From positions 608,001 through 672,000 of the forward strand of contig CAVWFS010000007.1 in assembly GCA_963754315.1 (NCBI GenBank): 64,000 nt of DNA. The letters run 5' to 3'. Shown here piece by piece: positions 57,792-64,000 of the stretch. Numbering within the stretch: the stretch's first letter is position 1; the number at the start of each line of letters is the position of its first letter. The stretch comes from an uncultured Candidatus Rokubacteria bacterium. GTDB taxonomy: Bacteria > Methylomirabilota > Methylomirabilia > Rokubacteriales > CSP1-6. Below the pieces are notes generated by a model that did no database searches, was not told where the DNA came from, and worked only from the letters and a program-made list of their open reading frames with translations. Made by a program: the position numbers and the translations under genes.

Positions 57792-58661
57792 TCAGAGCTT
57801 GCGCAACCCCAACGGCGGCAGATCGAGCAGCGTCCGGCGAGCCACACTCCACAGAGCATCGAGGGCACTCGTGAAGCTCGGCGCGTCGACGGCAAGCACC
57901 CGTGCGACCAGACCGCCGCGAGGGCCCGCCGTCGCCGCGCCTTTCACCCCGTCCCGCATCAGAGCCGCGGTTGCCGCTCGCGCGAGGCGGGACATGTCGA
58001 TCTCGCCGATGACCATGAGCGCGCCAAAGTAGGCGTACCCGTCGCTGCACCCAACCCCAGCCCACGGCCCCTCGGGGTCGAGCACGAAGCGATCGTGCAG
58101 GATCCACCGCGGCCCTTCGCGAACGGTGATCGCGCTCTCCAGTCGCGCGAACCGCCACGCCCCTTCCCGGGCCACCCGGCCCGCGGCAAAGGTATCGAGG
58201 AGGATGAGCCGGCCGCCGCGCTCGACGTCGGCGTCGATCGTCTGTCGAAAGGCCGAGCCGGCGAACGCGATGGTGTGATCGGGCACCCACTCGAGTGCAC
58301 CGCCAGCGGCCACCCGCAGACGGACGTCCTGTCGGGCCTCGGGGCCGAGGGTTCGATAGACCTTGGTCGCGGACGGGGTCGTCAGGCATGCGTGGGCGCC
58401 GCTCGCAACGTCCACGTCCACGGTGAGCCGGTCACCGCCAACGATCCCCCCGCCAGGATTGAGCACGGATACGACGCTCGCTGGATCGTGAAGCCGAAGA
58501 GGGGAAAGGACCTGGAGCGGCAAGGTGAAGCCGCAACGCGCCAGCACCGTGGCAGCGTGCCGGCGCTCGAAGCGGAGCTGCAGGCATCCATCACGCCCAA
58601 CCCGTCCAAGGACAGACGCCGGCGTCGTCAGACCGGAAGCGACAGATCCGACCGGATCCAT
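57792..58661 (-). CDS. ureD: Urease accessory protein UreD
   Basis: [30 protein letters not shown]; located in the ure operon. Confidence 0.92.
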   Translation of the reverse strand: MDPVGSVASGLTTPASVLGRVGRDGCLQLRFERRHAATVLARCGFTLPLQVLSPLRLHDPASVVSVLNPGGGIVGGDRLTVDVDVASGAHACLTTPSATKVYRTLGPEARQDVRLRVAAGGALEWVPDHTIAFAGSAFRQTIDADVERGGRLILLDTFAAGRVAREGAWRFARLESAITVREGPRWILHDRFVLDPEGPWAGVGCSDGYAYFGALMVIGEIDMSRLARAATAALMRDGVKGAATAGPRGGLVARVLAVDAPSFTSALDALWSVARRTLLDLPPLGLRKL

Positions 58662-59239
58662 TCGACGATACGTTCCACACCCTCACCCGTGTGGAGATTG
58701 GTGAACACAAAGAGACGGTCGCCGCGCATCCGCCGCGCATCGCGCTCCATAACGGACAGATCGGCCCCCACGTAGGGGGCGAGGTCGATCTTGTTGATGA
58801 CAAGGATGTCCGAGCGCGTGATACCGGGCCCGCCCTTGCGGGGGATCTTCTCTCCCTCGGCCACGTCGATCACGTAGATGGTCGCGTCGACCAGCTCGGG
58901 ACTAAACGTGGCGGCGAGGTTGTCCCCGCCGCTCTCCACCAGGATGAGCTCGAGTCCCGGAAAACGGCCGACGAGATCCCGGATCGCCTCCAGGTTTACC
59001 GATGCGTCCTCCCGAATCGCCGTGTGAGGGCATCCGCCCGTCTCGACACCGACCACCCGGCCCGCGGGCAAGGCGCCGCGCCGGGTCAGGAATTCAGCGT
59101 CCTCCTTCGTGTAGATATCGTTGGTGACGACGGCCATGTCCACCGTGCTGCGCAGCCGTCGGCAGAGGCTTTCCGCCAGGGCCGTCTTCCCCGAGCCGAC
59201 GGGGCCGCCGATGCCGATCTTGAGCGGCTTCGGGATCAC
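58628..59239 (-). CDS. ureG: Urease accessory GTPase UreG
   Basis: [35 protein letters not shown]. Confidence 0.97.
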   Translation of the reverse strand: MIPKPLKIGIGGPVGSGKTALAESLCRRLRSTVDMAVVTNDIYTKEDAEFLTRRGALPAGRVVGVETGGCPHTAIREDASVNLEAIRDLVGRFPGLELILVESGGDNLAATFSPELVDATIYVIDVAEGEKIPRKGGPGITRSDILVINKIDLAPYVGADLSVMERDARRMRGDRLFVFTNLHTGEGVERIVEWIRSDLSLPV

Positions 59240-59946
59240 GAGCGAAAGAGCCTCATGTCGAGATCGGCGTGGCGAAGTCCAGCGATCTCCAGTCCAGGGG
59301 TGAAGCTCCACAGATCGTCCACGGACGACTGCGCGGCGCGCACGGCCAGCCGCCTGATGAGGGGGTGGACGGTGGCCAGAACCGTCTGCCCGTCGAGCTG
59401 CCCCAGCGGCAGGAGCCGGAGGGCGGCGTTCACGACCAGCACGGTCGCCGAGTGCAGGTAGGCAGCTGCCACCACCTCCGCGTCGACGCCCCGATCGCCG
59501 AGGACAGCTCCGAACACTGGCGCATGGTGCCCCGCCGCCACCGCGATCCCGTCAGCATGCGCGGGCCTCTCCAGGGCGCCGGCAAGCGCGCGGAGAAACC
59601 GCGTCTCGCCAGTGGCGAGGGCGACCCTCAAGGTTTGCCGTGCCATCTGCAGACTGGCCTGTCGGAACTCCGGTACGAAGCGGGTTGTGTCGAGCCGTAG
59701 GTCGAGGTCGAGCCAGCCGTCGAGGTCGCCTCTCGCGGCGAAGCGCGAGGCACAGGCGGCCGCCACCGCGTCGGTGGGACCAGCGCTGCCCGCGAGCTGA
59801 GCGCGCAGAAACGCTTCGAGGCCTTCCCGGTCACGCACGACACCGGACTGCACGTAGGTCTCGAGACCGAACGAATGAGCGAAGCCGCCCGCGGGGAACA
59901 GCCCGTCGGCAAGCTGCAAGACGGCCAGCAGACCGTCAGTGGTCAT
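59236..59946 (-). CDS. ureF: Urease accessory protein UreF
   Basis: [28 protein letters not shown], terminal RLFRS. Confidence 0.95.
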   Translation of the reverse strand: MTTDGLLAVLQLADGLFPAGGFAHSFGLETYVQSGVVRDREGLEAFLRAQLAGSAGPTDAVAAACASRFAARGDLDGWLDLDLRLDTTRFVPEFRQASLQMARQTLRVALATGETRFLRALAGALERPAHADGIAVAAGHHAPVFGAVLGDRGVDAEVVAAAYLHSATVLVVNAALRLLPLGQLDGQTVLATVHPLIRRLAVRAAQSSVDDLWSFTPGLEIAGLRHADLDMRLFRS

Positions 59947-60397
59947 GGCGGTGCCCGGCCCCGAGGGGGACAAACGTCGCGCGGGTTCGGTGCCACGATA
60001 CGCCGAGGCGCGTGAGGAGCTGCTCCATTGCCGGGTCGTCCGGAATCAGGAGCCGGTCACCGTCGAGGGCGAGTGCGAAGTGGCGATTGCCGACCTCGAA
60101 GGCGACCCGGATACCCTCTTCGCGCGAGCGCGGCAGCACGGCGATGACCGGCTCCTCGGCCGCCTCGATGGTCAGGTACCAGTCAGGGCCAACGTAGAGA
60201 ACGTCGCCAGGTGTGAGCACGCTTCCCGTTGGAAGGGCGAGCATGAGCTCCCGGCCGGCGCGAGTCCGCACGCGTCGGCGGCCCCACCGTCGCTCCTCCG
60301 CCGTCAGGACGAGGCGATCCCGGACACGCCCTCCCTGCTCCACAGCGCTGACGTGTACGCGCGTCTCGGTGACGACGGGTACCCCGTCCGCGTCCAT
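59936..60397 (-). CDS. ureE: Urease accessory nickel chaperone UreE
   Basis: L...GDVL, AFEVGNRH and a short His tail (GHRHDH). Confidence 0.9.
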   Translation of the reverse strand: MDADGVPVVTETRVHVSAVEQGGRVRDRLVLTAEERRWGRRRVRTRAGRELMLALPTGSVLTPGDVLYVGPDWYLTIEAAEEPVIAVLPRSREEGIRVAFEVGNRHFALALDGDRLLIPDDPAMEQLLTRLGVSWHRTRATFVPLGAGHRHDH

Positions 60398-62115
60398 CAG
60401 AACAGGAAATAGCGCTGGGCCATCGGCAGGACCTGCGCGGGCTCGCAGGTCAGTAGCTCTCCGTCCGCCCGGACCTCGTAGGTTTCGGGGTCCACCTCGA
60501 TGCGTGGCAGCATGTTGTTATGGATCATGTCGCGCTTACCGATGCTGCGGCAGCGCCCCACCGCCAGGGCGCGACGCTGCAGCCCGAGCCGCGCCGGCAC
60601 CCCGGACGCCAGCGCCGCCGCCGAGACAAACGTCACCGCCGTCGACCCAATGGCACGCCCGAACGCCCCGAACATCGGTCGGCTGAGAACGGGCTGGGGG
60701 GTTGGGATCGACGCGTTGGCATCACCCATGGCCGCCCAGGCGATGGCACCTCCCTTCACCACCAGCTCCGGCTTCACGCCGAAGAAGGCCGGTTTCCACA
60801 CCACGAGATCGGCCAGCTTGCCGGCCTCCACGGAGCCAACGTGATCGGCCATCCCGTGGGCGATGGCAGGGTTGATCGTGTACTTGGCCACGTAGCGCTT
60901 GACCCGGAGGTTGTCGTCACCTGACTTCTCACCGGGCAGCGGACCCCGCTGCCGCTTCATCTTGTCGGCGGTCTGCCACGTGCGGATGATCACCTCCCCG
61001 ATGCGCCCCATCGCCTGGGAGTCCGAGGACATCATGCTGATGGCTCCCAAGTCGTGAAGGATGTCCTCGGCCGCCATGGTCTCCGCTCGAATCCGCGACT
61101 CCGCAAAGGCAACATCCTCGGGGATGCTCGGGTGGAGATGGTGACACACCATGAGCATGTCCAGATGCTCGTCCATCGTGTTGACCGTGAACGGCATGGT
61201 CGGGTTGGTGGACGACGGCAGGCAATTGGGCTCTCCGCACACACGAATGATGTCAGGCGCGTGCCCTCCGCCCGCGCCTTCGGTGTGATAGGTGTGGATC
61301 GTCCGGCCCGCGATGGCCCGCAGCGAATCCTCCACGAACCCGGTCTCGTTGATCGTGTCGGTGTGAATGGCCACCTGCACGTCGTACTCGTCGGCGACGC
61401 GGAGCGCGCAGTCGATGGCCGTGGGGGTCGTTCCCCAGTCCTCGTGCAGCTTGAGCCCAATGGCCCCCGCCGCGATCTGTTCACGCAGGGGATCGAGAGT
61501 GGAAACATTGCCCTTGCCCAGGAATCCCAGGTTCACGGGAAAGGCCTCCGACGATTCCAGCATTCGATGAAGGTGCCACTCCCCGGGAGTGCACGTCGTG
61601 GCACTGGTACCGCTTGCGGGTCCGGTCCCGCCGCCCAGCAAGGTCGTGAGACCGGACGAGATGGCTTCGGTGACGAGCTGAGGGCAAATGAAATGGACAT
61701 GGGAGTCAAGACCGCCGGCCGTGACGATACGGCCCTCGCCCGCGATCACCTCGGTGGCCCCGCCGATCACCATGTTGGGCGAGACGCCGTCCATCACGTC
61801 CGGGTTGCCCGCCTTCCCGATGCCGACGATGCGCCCGTCGCGGAGACCGATGTCGGCCTTCACGATGCCCCAATGGTCGACGATGAGCGCGTTGGTTATC
61901 ACCGTGTCGAGCGCCCCATCGGCCCGCGTGGCCCGGGCCGACTGGCCCATACCATCACGGATCACCTTGCCCCCTCCGAACTTCACCTCGTCGCCCGGCA
62001 GGGTCAGATCGCGTTCGACCCGGATCAGCAGCTCGGTATCGGCGAGTCGCACCCGATCGCCCGTGGTCGGGCCATAGAGGTCCGCGTGCTGGCGTCGGCT
62101 CATGCGCAGGCTCAT
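60397..62115 (-). CDS. ureC: Urease subunit alpha
   Basis: [53 protein letters not shown], terminal QRYFLF. Confidence 0.98.
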   Translation of the reverse strand: MSLRMSRRQHADLYGPTTGDRVRLADTELLIRVERDLTLPGDEVKFGGGKVIRDGMGQSARATRADGALDTVITNALIVDHWGIVKADIGLRDGRIVGIGKAGNPDVMDGVSPNMVIGGATEVIAGEGRIVTAGGLDSHVHFICPQLVTEAISSGLTTLLGGGTGPASGTSATTCTPGEWHLHRMLESSEAFPVNLGFLGKGNVSTLDPLREQIAAGAIGLKLHEDWGTTPTAIDCALRVADEYDVQVAIHTDTINETGFVEDSLRAIAGRTIHTYHTEGAGGGHAPDIIRVCGEPNCLPSSTNPTMPFTVNTMDEHLDMLMVCHHLHPSIPEDVAFAESRIRAETMAAEDILHDLGAISMMSSDSQAMGRIGEVIIRTWQTADKMKRQRGPLPGEKSGDDNLRVKRYVAKYTINPAIAHGMADHVGSVEAGKLADLVVWKPAFFGVKPELVVKGGAIAWAAMGDANASIPTPQPVLSRPMFGAFGRAIGSTAVTFVSAAALASGVPARLGLQRRALAVGRCRSIGKRDMIHNNMLPRIEVDPETYEVRADGELLTCEPAQVLPMAQRYFLF

Positions 62116-62474
62116 GGACGCGCGTCCCACTCGGCCAGACGACGGAGTGCTGCGTCTTGATTCGCGCCCTGGGTCAGGCCGTTGAGCCCGTACACAGCAC
62201 GCGCACCGCCGAACTCCACCAGGGTCACTCGCTTGGCGTCGCCGGGCTCGAAACGCACGGCGGTACCCGCGGCAACGTTGAGTCGCATCCCGAACGCGCG
62301 CTGTCGGTCAAAGCGGAGCGCCCGATTCACCTCGAAGAAGTGAAAGTGCGAGCCTACCTGGATCGGCCGGTCACCCGTATTGGTGACCTCGAGCTCCAGT
62401 ATCGATCGGCCCACATTGCCGACGATGTCGCCCTCACCCAGCAGGTACTCCCCCGGGATCATGGGCGTCGTCAT
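62112..62474 (-). CDS. ureB: Urease subunit beta
   Basis: [33 protein letters not shown]. Confidence 0.97.
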   Translation of the reverse strand: MTTPMIPGEYLLGEGDIVGNVGRSILELEVTNTGDRPIQVGSHFHFFEVNRALRFDRQRAFGMRLNVAAGTAVRFEPGDAKRVTLVEFGGARAVYGLNGLTQGANQDAALRRLAEWDARP

Positions 62475-62773
62475 CGGATTGGTTGATGGATGGTGACCAG
62501 CTTGGTGCCATCGGGGAACGTTCCCTCGACCTGGATCTCCTCGATCATTTCCGGCACCCCTTCCATCACATCCACGCGGCCCAGGATGTGCTGACCGGAC
62601 TCCATGAGCTGCGACACCGTGCGGCCGTCACGAATGCCTTCGAGGATCTCCGACGTGATGAGGGCCACCGCCTCCGGATGATTCAGCTTGAGGCCACGCG
62701 CCCGGCGCCGGCGCGCCAACTCGGCGGCCGTGAAGATCAGCAGCTTTTCTTGCTCGCGCGGTGTCAGATGCAT
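62471..62773 (-). CDS. ureA: Urease subunit gamma
   Basis: [32 protein letters not shown]. Confidence 0.97.
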   Translation of the reverse strand: MHLTPREQEKLLIFTAAELARRRRARGLKLNHPEAVALITSEILEGIRDGRTVSQLMESGQHILGRVDVMEGVPEMIEEIQVEGTFPDGTKLVTIHQPIR

Positions 62774-62791
62774 GGTCGTCCCCGCTGCCCG

Positions 62792-63484
62792 TCACACGCT
62801 GAGATACGCGGTCACCTCGTCCAGGCGCAGCCCAGCCCGGTCGCTCTCCAGGGCCACCCCGCCCTTGTCCATAACATAGAACCGGTCGCCGATCGACCAC
62901 GCGAACTCGAGGTACTGTTCGACGAGCAAGATCGAGCGCCGGCCCTCACGCTTGATCCGCTCGAGTACGTCGGCAATCTGCTCGACGATGGACGGCTGGA
63001 TTCCCTCTGTCGGCTCGTCGAGCAGCAACAGTGACGGATCGGCAATGAGCACTCGAGCCAAGGCCAGTTGCTGCTGCTGCCCTCCCGAGAGGTCCCCCCC
63101 GCGCCGGGTCAAGAGTCCCTCCAGCGCCGGAAAGAGCGAGAGCACGTAGTCCAAGGCTGCGCGCGGCGGCTGCTTCTGACGCGCTCCCACCAGCAGGTTC
63201 TCGCGCACCGTGATGGTCGGGAAGATGTCGCGTCCCTGCGGGACATAGCCAATGCCAAGACGGGCTCGGGCGTAGGGAGGGACATCGGTCAGGTCGCGTC
63301 CGGCGTACTCGATCGTGCCGCGCCGGGGCGTCAGCAGTCCCATCACCGTCTTGAGCAGGGTCGTCTTCCCCACCCCGTTGCGCCCCATCACACACACGAC
63401 CTCGCCGCGACCAACCGTCAGCTCCACGTCGCCCAGGACCCGGCTGTCACCGTAGTAAACGTCGAGGCCCCTCACCGCGAGCAC
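62792..63484 (-). CDS. urtE: Urea ABC transporter ATP-binding protein UrtE
   Basis: GRNGVGKTT, YVPQGRDIFP, LSGGQQQQLA, DEPTEGIQPSI. Adjacent to ureA. Confidence 0.92.
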   Translation of the reverse strand: MLAVRGLDVYYGDSRVLGDVELTVGRGEVVCVMGRNGVGKTTLLKTVMGLLTPRRGTIEYAGRDLTDVPPYARARLGIGYVPQGRDIFPTITVRENLLVGARQKQPPRAALDYVLSLFPALEGLLTRRGGDLSGGQQQQLALARVLIADPSLLLLDEPTEGIQPSIVEQIADVLERIKREGRRSILLVEQYLEFAWSIGDRFYVMDKGGVALESDRAGLRLDEVTAYLSV

Positions 63485-64000
63485 GCGAAGGCCCCCCGTA
63501 CCCGCCCTCGCCCGAGGTACGCTTCGATCACCCGTTCGTCGGCCTGCACCCGGTCCAGCGATCCCTCCGACAGCACGCTGCCTTCGTGGAGAACCGTGAC
63601 CTGGTGGCCCCGCCGCGCGGCCTGACGCACGAACTCCATGTCGTGCTCGATGAGCATGATCGAGCAGGAAGAACGCTCCACGATCGATTCGAGCAAGGCC
63701 GCCGTTCGGTCCTTCTCCGGCCGAGTCATCCCGGCCACCGGCTCGTCGAGCAGGAGCAATGTGGGTTCCCCGAGCAGCAGCATGGCGATCTCGAGCCACT
63801 GCTTCTGGCCGTGCGCCAAGGTGCCCGCCCGCTGGCTCACCGCTTCTCGCAGCCCCACTTGGTCGAGCACCGACAGAATCGCCTGGTGGGCCTCGGCGCT
63901 GTTGCCGGCGGCCAGGGTGGACGCAAATCCCTTGCGGCCCGCGGCGAGGATCATGTTCTCCATCACGGTATGACCCGGAAACACCGAAGGCGTCTGAAAT
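63472..64000 (-). CDS. urtD: Urea ABC transporter ATP-binding protein UrtD (5' partial)
   Basis: FQTPSVF, LAHGQKQWLEIAM, LDEPVAGM, IEHDM, VIEAYLG. Confidence 0.92.
   Translation of the reverse strand, partial: FQTPSVFPGHTVMENMILAAGRKGFASTLAAGNSAEAHQAILSVLDQVGLREAVSQRAGTLAHGQKQWLEIAMLLLGEPTLLLLDEPVAGMTRPEKDRTAALLESIVERSSCSIMLIEHDMEFVRQAARRGHQVTVLHEGSVLSEGSLDRVQADERVIEAYLGRGRVRGAFACSR

Overview
This is a 64-kb window of high-GC bacterial chromosome with about 60 densely packed metabolic and housekeeping genes. I found no rRNA, tRNA, CRISPR array, integrase or transposase. Gene content and style suggest Candidatus Rokubacteria/Methylomirabilota, but this is inference only. Main contents in order: RRM RNA-binding protein; MBL-hydrolase/pseudo-receiver/cNMP fusion; degenerate MurB paralog; archease; hpnI-hpnJ; sulfotransferase; CusRS-like two-component pair; cupin-LigA-LigB-MFS aromatic catabolism unit; citrate synthase with a divergent Xis/BldC-like HTH gene; purine catabolism (puuE, pucG-like, fused uraD-uraH); RhlE helicase; EmrB; GlnRS; Mla/Pqi ABC system; CPA2 antiporter; hydantoinase/oxoprolinase A+B; two Tat solute-binding proteins; pyrD; LLM oxidoreductase; xanthine-dehydrogenase-family M/S/L plus a second L subunit; tartrate dehydrogenase; and urtDE-ureABCEFGD. 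The most notable signals outside the gene list are: (1) a dispersed ~70-90-bp double-hairpin repeat family with compensatory base changes, mostly just after stop codons and also in tandem arrays; (2) TAnnnT boxes 6-8 nt before many start codons, suggesting leaderless mRNAs; (3) a 10-bp-periodic AT-rich operator next to the HTH gene; (4) two remnants of genes with in-frame internal deletions; (5) a structured leader before rhlE. Several single-base frameshifts are probably assembly indels.
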